Shown one piece after another: positions 1-11,765 of a stretch of 64,000 nt of DNA; the stretch's first letter is position 1; the number at the start of each line of letters is the position of its first letter. The notes beneath the pieces were generated by a model that was not told the origin of the DNA, did not search any database, and worked only from the letters and a program-made list of their open reading frames with translations. Source of the DNA: Vitrella brassicaformis CCMP3155 (taxonomy: Eukaryota; Protista; Chromerida); assembly GCA_001179505.1 (NCBI GenBank), contig CDMY01000275.1, positions 434,001 through 498,000 on the forward strand, in the 5' to 3' direction. The translations under genes were made by a program, and so were the position numbers.

Positions 1-973
1 TGTCCACCAGCCTCCTTTTGACAGCAGCAAGCTCATCTGCGGGAGCGAAGAAGCCGATGCCGACGAAGCCTGCCTCATTGGCCAAGTCGGGAAACGTTAT
101 AGACGCCATGGACGGGACGTGCTGAAGCTCCAGCTGGGTGTACGGCCTCTTCCTGCAGACACGCCAGCACACCCGCAGAGGATGGAGGATGACACTGGCC
201 TGAAGTCTCCCGCCCACTTTCCTCCCTTCCTTGATCCCTGCCTACCAGAGCCATTCACGGTTTGCAACGGCATTTATGTCACTGTCGGGCGGCGACTCGC
301 TAGTGGTTCCGAGGAAGTGCAGCACGAAGCCGTACTCATCCACCGGCTGTCTCGAGAGGTACGCCATACCCAGTACGTCACGATAGAACCGCAGCGTCTC
401 GTCCAGCTTGGTTACACGAAGAGTGATCTGCCCCACACCGACTGACTGGCCCAGAGGATGGTCACCCTTCACATCGTTGGGCCCGATTCTCCTGACGTGT
501 TGGTCGAAGTCGTGCTGGAGCAGCTCAATGGTGTAGCGGGCGGGGTCGGAGATGTGTGTCAGATATCCGATATCGAAGAACTGGCTGGCCTTCGACACAG
601 AAACGCCCGCATTCCGAAGACACTCGGTGGCGAAGTCAACATCTGCACGGCACACAACGGGGGAGTGTGGATTCACGACAATCCATGCATCGTCGTTCAT
701 CTCACCTCGCAGTGCAAGCCCTATCTTCCAATATGCGTCGCTTCGCTTGTGCTTGTATGGCCCAATGCTCGTCTGACGGCCGAGCTGCAGCTCCAGCCAA
801 GCCGACTGCGGCTGACCCTCGAAGCCCAGAAACACCGACTCGCTCACATGTGCTGCAGATGAGGTCCTCTCCGCCATAATGGACATGCCGATGCGTTGTC
901 GATAGAAGACAACCACAGCATCCTTCTCAGCGGCACTGATGCGGAGGCTGACAAAGCCCAGACGGACTGCCAT
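1..973 (-). CDS. Glyoxalase/VOC-superfamily protein with two VOC domains; spliced; 3' end runs off the window
   Basis: ORF 242-973: YWKIGLAL, QFFDIGYLTHISDPARYTIELLQH, GQITLRVTKLDETLRFYRDVLGM, REWLW. An in-frame GT-AG intron joins ALR to DVDF. A second intron joins WLW to KRPYTQLELQH. Confidence 0.85.
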
Positions 974-1117
974 GAGAGATCTGACAGAGAAGTCGATGTA
1001 ATGCTATCTGCTGAGCCTCAAGAAGCCCTGGACGCGAAGGCGGGCTTTCCCATGGCTTGCAAGCTCGCACCAGAGGGCTGGAGATCTGCCTCGTCTTCCA
1101 TCTGCGCCAATTCCCCG

Positions 1118-2651
1118 ATGCTGGCGCTCGTGGCGTCTCTTTTCACACTCAGCGGCATCTCTGCTGCCCTCTCTGCTGATATCAGCTCAGCAGCAGCCTC
1201 TCTCGGCAGGCCCATCCAGGCGCACCAGAGCGCACCCCCGCCTTCCACTGAGTCATGGCGGCCCTGGGTAGACATCGGTGATCCCAACTCGAGCCCGTGC
1301 CCGCAGCTGAGGGGGGATGCATCGCAGCGGTGCGGCTCACCTGCACTGCCCTCAAACATCGGGGTGGACGAGGATGCTGCTCTCAGGTCAGTCAGACCTG
1401 AACATGCAGTCGCGTATCGTATTGTGACGGCAGCTTCTGATCTTCTGTGCAGGGCGTCGAAGTTCCCCATCCCGCCCGACGAGCTGATCAACCTGGCGAA
1501 GTTCTTTCTCGTTAAGAACCTCTGGAACATCACAGTACCAGGTAAGTGTGTGGCATGCGACGAGTCAGCTGCAAATGCACACGTGGGGAGGGATACTTGC
1601 ACGGCCGCGTGTCGCAAATTCGCTCAGATTTGATAGCGGATGACTTCGTGTTCACCGGCCCGTTTGTGGGTCCGTTGACCAAGTGGGAGTTGGCGGCCGC
1701 CCTCGACGGCTTCCAGCTGATGGCCGCATTCCCAGACCTCCGAACCAACGTGTACAACTTCAGGTCAGGCGGGGCGGCCACCGAGACAGACAGACAGACA
1801 GACAGGCAGACGGATCACTTGATGCGAGCGACTGGCTGGCTGGCTGGTTGGCTGGCTTGCTGGGTGGCCTGGCTTGTGTGTGGCTGTAGGGTTGACCCCC
1901 TGGAGCCGAACAAAGTGTGGTATTTTAGCCGTGCAGTCGGTAAGTAAGGAGGGGCGAGTCCGCCTGACTGGCCAAATGGGCTGACTGAGTGCGGTTGAAT
2001 GCAATGCATGGGTATGGGATGGGTCCTTTGCCCATGCAGGCACCCACATCGGCACCCTCCGGCTGTCGCAGCTTTCATTCAGTAAGACCAAACGAATCAG
2101 ACATCATTCGGGTGCCCACCACCACATAGCTGCTGTCCTTGTGTGTGTGTGTGTGTTGTGTGTGTTGTGTAGTTGGGAACGCCCGGCCGACGGGCAAGAC
2201 AGTTCGTGTGTCCCCCCAGTGCTGCAGCCTCACCTTCAACGAAGACGGCAAAGTCACCAAATGGACCATCGGGTACCAGTGCAGTGCAGTGCAGTGCAGT
2301 GCACTGATTGGGCACTCAACTCACTTACACGGTTATGTGCAGTGCAACTGAAGTGCATTCACTGGTTTGCTGAACAGGTATGTGATTGACAAAACTGCGG
2401 GGGACACCGGCACCTTGGGCGGCATCTTGGCCTTCTTGTACGGCATCGGCAAGCCATTCCCGGGCCCGGAAGGCAAACCCTGGAAGCCATCCTTCAAATA
2501 CAAGTCAGACACCTGAAGGAAGCAAGGCGTCGTGTGTGATGTGAAGAGAAGGTCCTTTGGTGTGTGTGTGTGTGTGTGTGGTTTCTGCAGGCTGCTCATG
2601 CGGCTGGCTGCAATGCAGAAGCAGAAGCAGCAGCAGCAGAAGAACAAGTGA
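1118..2651 (+). CDS. NTF2/SnoaL-like fold protein with a hydrophobic N-terminal leader; multi-exon
   Basis: MLALVASLFTLSGISAAL leader. Exons encode ADDFVFTGPFVGPLTKWEL, FPDLRTNVYNFR|VDPLEPNKVWY, PQCCSLTFNEDGKVTKWTIGY, GDTGTLGGILAFLYGIGKPFPGPEG. Stop TGA at 2649-2651. Family call comes from recalled motif pattern. Confidence 0.65.
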
Positions 2652-3087
2652 CGACACCATGTGCTTGCTGGTGTGAGAGGCGATGCTGCTCGAGCCAGGA
2701 AGGTTTTTCTGTCTATCTGTGTTGATTTATGTCCTCTGTCTGTCTGAGTGATGAGATAGATAGATGAGTGTGAGGGGGCCTACACGGCCATGGATGCGGT
2801 TCTCCCTTTTGCCCAAATGCAGTCAGTCAGTCTTTGTCGCTCATCGGCTATCGGCCAGCATTGGTGTAGACCGCTCCGAACTCGGAGGCGCTGCCTTCAG
2901 TCGAATGGCGTCTCCCGGGTTGGAGCGGTGTTGCAATCCAATCCATGCAGTCGATAGCTAGCTGACGACAGTAACGGCAGAAGACTTGTATTATCGTGGT
3001 TTGGATGAGGTGGCAGACTGGTCACGGCCTGTGCGACATGGAAGTGATCGATGACCTGCGTGTTCGTCGGTGGAACTACTCGTGACT

Positions 3088-3121
<34 letters not shown>

Positions 3122-3496
3122 GAGACGCTCCATTCTGTAAGTGACGCGAGACAGACAGCTATTAGTGACTCTCATGAAGGCAGGCGGGCAGGCCTCTGAT
3201 GATGGAATGGATGGATGGAGTTACATACGTAAACGTCATGCACTCACGATTGTCAACGAGCACAATCCTTGAATGGGCACTCACTGATCCACTCACTCCA
3301 TGACAAAAACTCACGGACGCAGCCGTGTCAAGTCAGTCAACGGTCCACGCATACATAAGAGTGCCAATCCGATACATACACAGCTGTAAGGTCTGTCTGT
3401 CTATCTATCTGAGTTTGACTCGTGCCTCATACATTGTATATATCAACAAGGAGGGAGGCCATGTGATCGAGGGAGGGAGCTAAGTAGTATCGTGTG

Positions 3497-4199
3497 TCAC
3501 TGGTGGAGGTAGTTCGCCACCAGCAGCAGGTCCAACACTATCTCGTCGTCAATCTCAAAGTCAGGGATGGCCTCCCTGACACACAACACCACACCACATC
3601 ACACCGCCCAGCACCAACAGCATGCGCCACACACACGTGTGTCCGTCGCGTGTGTGAGGTGCGCTCGTCTCGCACCGCACCTGCTGTCGGTGTGTTTGTG
3701 TTTGTAGTAGAGGTACTGGATGACCTTTTCGAGCAAGCGGGAGTTGATCGTCTGGAAGTTGATCGCACCCGTCTGGCCCTCGGTGAAACTGTGACTCTTC
3801 TCACCTGTACAGGTGGGGACAGGGAGGGACAGAGCCACACACACGCACGCACGCACGCACGCACAGACAGACAGACAGACAGACATCGCGTCAAGCCGAC
3901 GACCGGCATGGATCAGGTCTGTCGTGGCGTGGCGCCCACCGTCGAACATGGTCCGGATCATTTCGCACCCGAAGGCTATCTTCTTGTCCAGAAAGAACTC
4001 ATGACCCTCAGCACTGCACCAGACAATGCAACACAACACACGACATGCACAGGCAAGCAGCAACAGTGGAGATCTCGTCTTTTCCCTTCGATGTCTGTCT
4101 GGTTCATGTTGCCATCCATCGATTGTGCACACCTGACCTGATGAGCTTGAGGTAGTCAAACTCCTCCTCTGGCGGAGAGGCGGACGACGAAGACGCCAT
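3497..4199 (-). CDS. ELOC: Elongin C (SKP1/BTB fold)
   Basis: Spliced MASS..YLKLI|SAEGHEFFLDKKIA..EMIRTMFDG..FTEGQTGAINFQTINSRLLEKVIQYLYYK..LDLLLVANYLHQ* follows the Elongin C pattern. GT-AG introns. Confidence 0.9.
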
Positions 4200-4459
4200 G
4201 TTGCGCACTCTGCTCACCGCAAAGTCGAATTCGCTTCTCTGCTGCACAGACGAAGTGCTCGATGGCCTCAGCTTTGCTGCAAGGCGCCGATTTGAGGTGG
4301 CCTCCCCGAGAGAGAGCGGTTTCACGGAACTTGGATGCATATATGCGAGCTTGGCTTGCAAAGGAGGAAAGTGTGGCTTCATCACCCGAGGCCTTCTGAT
4401 CCATTGATTCATCTCGCTCTGCGGCGAGTGTTCTGTGGGATCTTTACTGAGGGCTGTGC

Positions 4460-6023
4460 ATGAGCCCCGTGCTGCCCCTGTTGCTGTCGGCGTTCGTATC
4501 CATCCCAGGCTGTCAGCATCGCCACTTCAACCCTGCCAGATCCCAACTGGCATCATCTCTGCCTTGGCGTGTGTCGGATCTAGTGAGGATGGGCCGCAAG
4601 GAGGAGCTGGATTCCATCATCAAGTTCCTGCAGATATGCGGCAAACTCAAGGTAGGTGAGCGGACCAAGCTTGAACGATGAGACAACAGCAGGCAAGACA
4701 AGACATTCGCTTGGGATGTGACGATTGCTGTTGTCGTGCACTGCAGCGGGTGAAGCGGACTGGGTGGGTCAGAGCTGGCGTCGAGCAACGTGACCAGACA
4801 CACAAAGACACATGAATGAAGGGTCGTCTTGATCGTTGGTTGCTTCCTGTGTGTGTGTGTGTTTGGTCTTCTCTCAGCTGAGTCGGTGGCCGAGCACATG
4901 TACCGGATGGCGATGGCGTGTTTCCTGTTGCCGACAGCCACAGCAGACAGAAACAAGTAAGGTGCAGACATGTCTGCAGTATGGTGGTACCGTACCTCGC
5001 TTGCACCTGACGTAGGTACCGCCATGCACACACGACACGTCTGTGTTGTGCGTGTGCTACGGCCTGTCGGTCAGGTGTGTCAAGATGGCATTGGTCCACG
5101 ACCTGGCAGAGTGGAGCGTCGGTGAGAATTACACACATTGCATCACCTCCATGCACACACACATGTGCCCGCCCACACAGGCGCTGCTGTGACCTTGCTT
5201 GCTGTGGTGTGCAGGTGACATCACGCCCTTCTGCGGCGTACCGAAGGAAGAGAAGAGCCGACGGGAGAAGGTGGGTACGATGGGTGGGCATTCAACCAGA
5301 CCAGACAGAAAGGCTGCACACATATATAATGCTGCACTCACTGCATGTTGGTTGTATGGTGTTTGCCATCCCATCCGTGTGTGCAGGCTGCGATGGCTGA
5401 GGTGCGTGACCTGGTCGGGGGCGATGCGGGTGAGTGAGCCACCCACCACAGCACAAGGAAGGAAGCACACATAGTGGTGGGGTGCCCGCCGCTTTTCGTG
5501 TCGCGTCTGTCAGGGCAGGAAATCTTCGACCTGTGGCTAGAATATGAAATGGGTGGGCAGGCGAGAGACTCAGCCAAAACACGCGTAATTCGTGTGTCTT
5601 TATGTGGGCCGTGTGTGTAACATCCATCCGTCGTGTGTCAGGTACGAGTGAGGAGGCCCGCTTCGTGCGGGACATCGACAAGTTCGAAATGGTGCTACAG
5701 GCATTCGAATACGAAACAGGTGCGGTGTACGCAGACAGACAGAGAGGGAGGGAGTGGGAGCGGGGAGCGAGTGCCGCATCGACACATACCAACCTGTGTG
5801 CCGACATACCTGTGCTCACGAACAGAGCAAAAGCTCGAGCTGCCATCTTTCTACGATACCACCAGGTGACAGCATGCATGTCGGCAAGAGAGAATTTCCA
5901 CCTCACCTTCCTTGCCGCATGTGGCGCGTGTGTGTGCGCAGAGGTGTGTTCAAGACAGATCTCTTCAGATCCCTCGACCAGCACGTCCGCGACATGCGTG
6001 ACACGGCACCACGGACATCCTGA
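4460..6023 (+). CDS. HDDC2: HD-domain 5'-deoxynucleotidase (HDDC2/YGK1 type)
   Basis: Exons: FLQICGKLK|RVKRTGWV, ESVAEHMYRMA, KMALVHDLAE, GDITPFCGVPKEEK, EIFDLWLEYE, SEEARFVRDIDKFEMVLQAFEYE. Stop at 6021-6023. A second in-frame ATG lies at 4589. Confidence 0.9.
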
Positions 6024-6868
6024 GCGCCACGGTGGTCTGAGCCGATAGGCGGAGGGAGGGCGGGGAAGATGATGTTGGTGTGGTGTGGTGTGAGGGGCCG
6101 GTCCTGCGCGGCTGAATGAATTGGATGGCGTGGGTCGTCTTCGGAGAGGGGGGACGGGCGAGAGTGGAGTGAGTGGATGTGTAGATACGCGCGCTGCAGC
6201 CCATTTTGCCGGTGGGGACGGGGCGTGCATCATGATGACATTGCCGAGACTGCCAACTAGGTTTTTCGTGTGACTGAGTGTAGTGGGTTCTTTTGAATCA
6301 TCCTTCCGTGGTGCACTGGCTGGCGCTCTTCGTTGATTGATCGGTCCGTTGGTCCTCCCATCCACTCATTCACTCGTCCACTCACCCACCCCCATACAGG
6401 CAGTCGTCCAGTCACTGCCTATCCAGTCCACTGGTGCGACAGGTCACTTGCAGCCAGACAGCCACACACCCATCCATCCAGGCAGGCAGACCTCACACAC
6501 ACACACGGAAAGAAAACTCGTATTCTACACGGGGCAGCGAACGAGTCAGTCAGGCCATCCAGTCAGTCAGTCAGTCATCCGCCACCCACCCACTCTGTAT
6601 GTTAACCACACGCAGAGCGGCGGGCGACGGGCGGGCGGGCACTCACACACACCGGCCGACAGACAGACGGGCGAAAAACAGAAAGAGGACGGGGCTGCGC
6701 TGCGCTCTCTCTCACTCACTCGGCCGTCCATCCATCCATCCATCCGTGCATCGATCCGATCGTGTGTATGTGTGTGTGTATCTTATCAGCCGTGCCAGTG
6801 CGTGTCGGTCGGTGTGTGTATCATTCATGCCATGCCATGTATGCATGTGTGTATGTCTATCTAGTTAT

Positions 6869-7824
6869 CTACGCGGATTTGGATGCCTTGCGCGCCTTGC
6901 TCTTGCTCTTGGCCTTAGACTTGGTCTTGGGCTTGGACTTGGAGATGGTCTTCTTGGCCTTGGCCTTGGCCGACTTCTTGGCGCTCGCCCTCTTGGCCTT
7001 GGCTTTGCTCTTGGGCTTCTTCTCGGGCTCCGCTGCGCCAAGCCATCCATCGTACATAAATACATACAAGGAGACAGACAGACAGACAGACAGACAGACA
7101 CAGAGAGAGGGATTGGGGTGATTGGGGAGGGGTTCTGACCTTCAACGAACACATAGGTACCTTCACCCAACAAATCGAAAACGGCCTGCATCTCCTCCTC
7201 CTCCTAAATGTGTCCACACACACACAAACACACGATGCAGCCAACATGAGAGAGACGATTGGTGTGTGGTTTACCGCAGCCTGGGCGGCAGCGACGGCGG
7301 CCTTCGACGCGCGCTTCGACGGGGTCTTCTTGGGCGTTGCCTTCTTCGGGCTGCAAATACAGCACTCCACATATGCATGGGGCCGTATTGTGTCTTGCGC
7401 TGGAATTTGTTGATCTCACGTGGCGGCCTTCTTGCGCGGGGTCACGGTCTTCTTGGGCGCGGCCTTCTTCGATATCCTGACACGGCACACACACGCAGAC
7501 GCCACAAAAGGCTCAAAAATGCAAAGGAAACGCATCGGAAATCCTCTCTAAAAGACCCCCATGCATGCGAGAAGGAGACACGGCCTGGAAGGCCTCACTT
7601 TTCTGCCCTTTTCTCTCTCAGACTGTCCTTCCTGTCGACCTACGTCTTCTTGGGCGCGGCCCTCTTGGGCTTGGCACCTGCAGCACACACAGCAACGACC
7701 GAAATGACGTCCCGCCAACATGGGGGCTCACGAGAATGCACGAATACGGCACGAAACGACCTCCTTTCTTCGCATTTTTGTCATTCTCACCGGCAGTCCT
7801 CGTGGCAACAGCTCTGGCGACCAT
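6869..7824 (-). CDS. Small Lys/Ala-rich histone H1-like protein without a winged-helix domain; 6 exons, about 135 aa
   Basis: Splice phases are consistent throughout: MVARAVATRTA|GAKPKRAAPKKT|ISKKAAPKKTVTPRKKAAT|PKKATPKKTPSKRASKAAVAAAQAA|EEEEMQAVFDLLGE|AEPEKKPKSKAKAKRASAKKSAKAKAKKTISKSKPKTKSKAKSKSKARKASKSA*. Confidence 0.75.
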
Positions 7825-8382
7825 TTTGATACGATGGGAGAGGCCTCAGCGATACGACAACGTCAACACTCAGCTCAGACAGGGGGAGCGACGGTCAGGG
7901 CGGTAGCCGGGGGACCGGGGATGCACAACAAGCGGTACGAACGGCGAACAGACGCGGAACAAGCTTCACACAAAGGCTTCAAAAGCAGGGAGGGCCCCCA
8001 CGGTCTGGTTTCACGGAAAAAGCGATCTTCAAGTTGTCCGCTCCCCCTCCGGTCCACCGTCGGGCAGCGTACTGTACTGTCTGCACGGCGCATAGATGGC
8101 ACCGAAATTGCGGTTTGGTTCGAACCCACTTTTCTTTTTGCTCCCTGGCCGAGCGCTGCTTCTTTCTGCGTCGCTCAAGGACGAGCAGATCCCGGCTATC
8201 CACGTGCACGGGCGGCATGATGGCGCACTGTCGACACCCATCCAAAGGTGTTCTCTGGTAGTGTGCAGCTTCCAACGACCTTTTTTGATGGATGGATTGA
8301 TGGATGGATGATGCTGGGGCTCATCTTCCCAACAAAATCGGCCCGGCGGCGCAAAGAAGCAACCCCCTCAGCCCCTTCAGTC

Positions 8383-9035
8383 ATGTGGCGTCATGCTGAA
8401 GGCACGCCTGCTCTTGTCTGGTAAGGATAAGGACACGCTGCATCCACTCAATGTGGTCTGTTCTGTGTGTTTGCAGCGTTTTGGCGCGCTCGGGTCGGGT
8501 GAGGCTGCACTGCCGTCGGGAGGTGCCTTTGATTCGTAAGATGGCATTGCAATGCCGCACCTCGCTGCGCTGTCTTGTGCGCCCATCTCGACCCACTCTC
8601 TTCCTGAGGCCACCAAGCCGTCCAGCTGATTCTGCACCGAGGCCGTGGGGATTCTGTCAGGCTCTGTGCGACATGAGCGGCAGCTGCTTCGCCAACACCA
8701 ACACCACCCTGCAGTCTGTCAATGTTGCCATCCTCCTCTGCAGGCTGGGTGTGCACACGGGCACAGCTCATGATGGGCACCTGCGGACACGACACTGCTG
8801 CTGGTTGTCTGCTGTATGTGTCTCCTGGGCTCTCATAGCATATGGATGTGCTGTGGACTCGGTGTGGAGGCTTCGTGAGGACACGGTCGAAGAAAGGTGA
8901 GATGGTGCGATGACGAACAGACCGCACTGTGCTGATCTTCGTGCGTGTGTCCTTCGTTTCTCTTCTGCAGGCCATCGAGCTCCGTCCTTATCGGTCGGAT
9001 ACGACATGGTGCTGCACGTCTGCAGAACATCTGAG
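8383..9035 (+). other. Possible spliced transcript or hypothetical protein of about 190 aa with no recognisable domain
   Basis: Good splice signals (tctg|gtaagg..ttgcag, gaaag|gtgaga..ctgcag) join an open frame from an ATG near 8383. The protein looks compositionally unremarkable. Confidence 0.25.
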
Positions 9036-10168
9036 GTATGCTACCTCTGCCAAGACACCGTCAGACGGTGAGATGGCACCGCACATCACATCATCTCCTG
9101 CCATGAATGTCCTTCATTTCCCTTCTTCAGCTGCTGTTGACCACATTGACTTGACTGGGCGACGTAATAGGCGTGCATGGGACGCCTTCGGCGGAAGTGT
9201 GCAGAAAGATGAGGCAGAAACGTCTGTCTGCCCCTGTTGTGGTTGATGACTGTCGACATGATGTCCATCTTTCCTATGATGCCCTGAGGCTCCACTTTGT
9301 GGACAGGCGATTGATGGGGCACAGGGGCCGAGTAGTATGCATATGAGGTGTCTATGTCTTGGCCTCCCTCCCTGCCTTGATGCTGTGGTTCTATCGGTGT
9401 GCCTGCTCTGTCTGCGTGGCCTGCGTGTTTCCTTAAGTTGTACCCTGCATGTATCGACACGTGATTGACGGAAGGACTCAGGAAAGGACGGACGGGGGGG
9501 GAACCCCTGCGTGCGGCTTTTTTCAGCCAAATTTCGCCGGACGTAGCCAGCGGAGTAGACACGTGAAACATCCAGTGTGGCATGGCTCGGTGGCTCTTTA
9601 ACGCTTGTTGCTGTTCTTCCTGGCTGCACTCGCAGATCTGTATGACACCTCTGGGCATTCGGCCTCCAGCAGGGGGGGGAAGGCCCAGCAAAGGACCTAT
9701 GTGCGGCACCATTTTCCCCTTCGTTTTGTGCTGCAAGGCGGTCCCTGCGCGATTTTCTTTCTGAATACGGATCTGTACACACCTGGCAGGCCGGCCACGC
9801 TGGCAGGAGCCGCAAACAATGAAACGAAAAAAATAAGCTCGCACCGATCGCTAAGGAAAATCCGCTGCGAGTAGACACCTCAGGGGTGAGAAAGGCTTCT
9901 TTGGGCTTCTCGTGTTTTTCGGCGTCTGCACGGCCGACGTCGTTTCTGCCACTTCTAGTCGGTTCCGAGGATCCCTCCCGACCTCTCTAGCGTCGCAAGG
10001 CGTCCAGCCTCCCTGGTACACCACCCCACGACACCTCACTCGCACCCTTACCCTACAGTGGGATTCTGACCCATCCGATGACTTGCGTCGCTGCACCTGC
10101 CCCTCCCCGCCTTCCCACACCCCTCACGCGCCTCTCTGTGGTGTCTCTCGTGTCCTTCAGTGTTGACG

Positions 10169-10821
10169 ATGGCCAAGGGTGCTGCCAAGGGGAAGGCCAA
10201 GTCCAAGGCCAAGTCTGACGAGCCCAAGGAGAAGAAAGTCAAGGTATACGGCGCACAGGGGGCGGGGGATGACGCCCGCGGCGGCATCTTCCATCCGCCG
10301 GCCTGCTTGGCGCGATTTGATTTGTACTGAGCGAACCCATTGTGTTGTGTGTGTGGTGTGTTGTGGTGTGTGTTGGTGCGTTCAGGACAAGGATGCGCCC
10401 AAGAAGGGCAGGTCGGCATACATCTTCTTCACGATGGACCGGCGCGAGGAGCTCGTCGCTGAGAACCCAGACCTCAAGGGCAGCGTCACGGTACGAGCAC
10501 TTCTCACCTCACGCACTCACACAGTGCTGTGATGCTCCGTCTGCCCATCGTATCGTGTGTGCGTGTGGTTGTTGCGTTGTGTGTATCTCAGGAGGTGTCC
10601 AAGATTCTGGGCGCCGAGTGGAAGAAGATGACGGATAAGCAGAAGAAGCCCTACGAGGACCAGGCCAAGAAGGACAAGGTCACACCATTAGATAGGGGGA
10701 GCGGAAGGCATTCACTAACACATTCTCTGCCTGCCTGCCTGTGTGTGCGTGCGTGTGTGTGTGTGTGGTGTGTCAGGAGCGTTACGAGAAAGAGAAGGAG
10801 AAGTACGAGAAGAAGAAGTAA
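10169..10821 (+). CDS. Single HMG-box protein (NHP6/HMGB type) with a basic N-tail
   Basis: MAKGAAKGKAKSKAK..|DKDAPKKGRSAYIFFTMDRREELVAENPD..|EVSKILGAEWKKMTDKQKKPYEDQAKKDK|ERYEKEKEKYEKKK*. A splice acceptor just before the ATG implies a 5'UTR intron. Confidence 0.93.
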
Positions 10822-11765
10822 ACCTCCACACCTCATCCGCTAGCACGCATACGTATGACTGGCTGGCCGGCTGGCTGCATGGATCACTGACTGACTGGAT
10901 GGGTGGATGGATGGACATAGGCAGATAGATAGCTACCTGGAGCGATGTGCTGCGCGCCACACACATGGACACACACCACACACACACATCGTCTCCTCTC
11001 CTTCTCTATACTATCATACCTACCGAGCTCCTGGCTTCCCCTCTCTGCCTGCCCGGCCGGCTGTAGAGGGGGTGGGTGGGTGGGTGCATCGCTGGATGGG
11101 TGGCTGGTGCCTGGTTCCGTGTGTATGTGTGTCTTGTTTGTTTCGCGTGTTCGGGGTGCGGTGGTGCGGGGTGGTCGGCTGCCTTGCTCTTCTCGACTCG
11201 CCTCGCCCTGTAGAGAAAGCACATTCCTGCTTGCCTGCCTGAGTGATAGTGAAGGGTACGATGCGCATGGACTGCATACATGGATGGCGGATGGATGGAT
11301 GGGTGGGTGGCCTGGCTGACGGGGGAGGGGATAGCTAGACAGCGGCGGATGGCAGAGAGGAAGGAGAAGAAAAGACTGTGCTTACGCAATGACTGATAGT
11401 CTGTCTGCCTTGCCAACTCATTCGCGCTCTTTCTCTCTTGGCTGCTACTAACACCGCACACACACACACACACACACGCACACACATACCCACACGCTGG
11501 TTGCACAAAGACAGACAGACAGACAGACCGAATGCATGTGACCGGCAGACAATTAGGAGCGGCCTAAAGCTCGCTCATGACCTGCCTGCCTGCCTTGCCT
11601 GTCTGTCTGCCCCTCCGTCACGCCACGCCACGCCACACCAACCGGACTAGCCTGCCTGCCTGCCTCCGTGGCTCGTGCCTTGTATATTGACTGACTGACT
11701 GGCCGACTCGTTTACTTACTAGAGTGTGGTGGTGCCGTGCTTGCCCGTTTGGATGGGATCAATGG

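Noticed and set aside
5871-7570. TGCATGC(A) copies as ApiAP2 binding sites
   Set aside because: They occur mostly inside introns as part of TGCA/CATG-rich simple sequence, with no visible upstream bias.
6869-7824. H1-like protein as a dinoflagellate DVNP or HCc homologue
   Set aside because: No recognisable DVNP or HU-like core; the similarity is compositional (Lys/Ala) only.
8110-8135. GGTTCGAACCC resembling a tRNA T-loop or B-box
   Set aside because: The T-stem pairs for only 3 bp, and no acceptor stem, D-arm or anticodon arm can be built around it.
9086-9878. Two overlapping 250-aa minus-strand ORFs
   Set aside because: No recognisable domain, no codon pattern like neighbouring genes and no clear exon structure; left unannotated.
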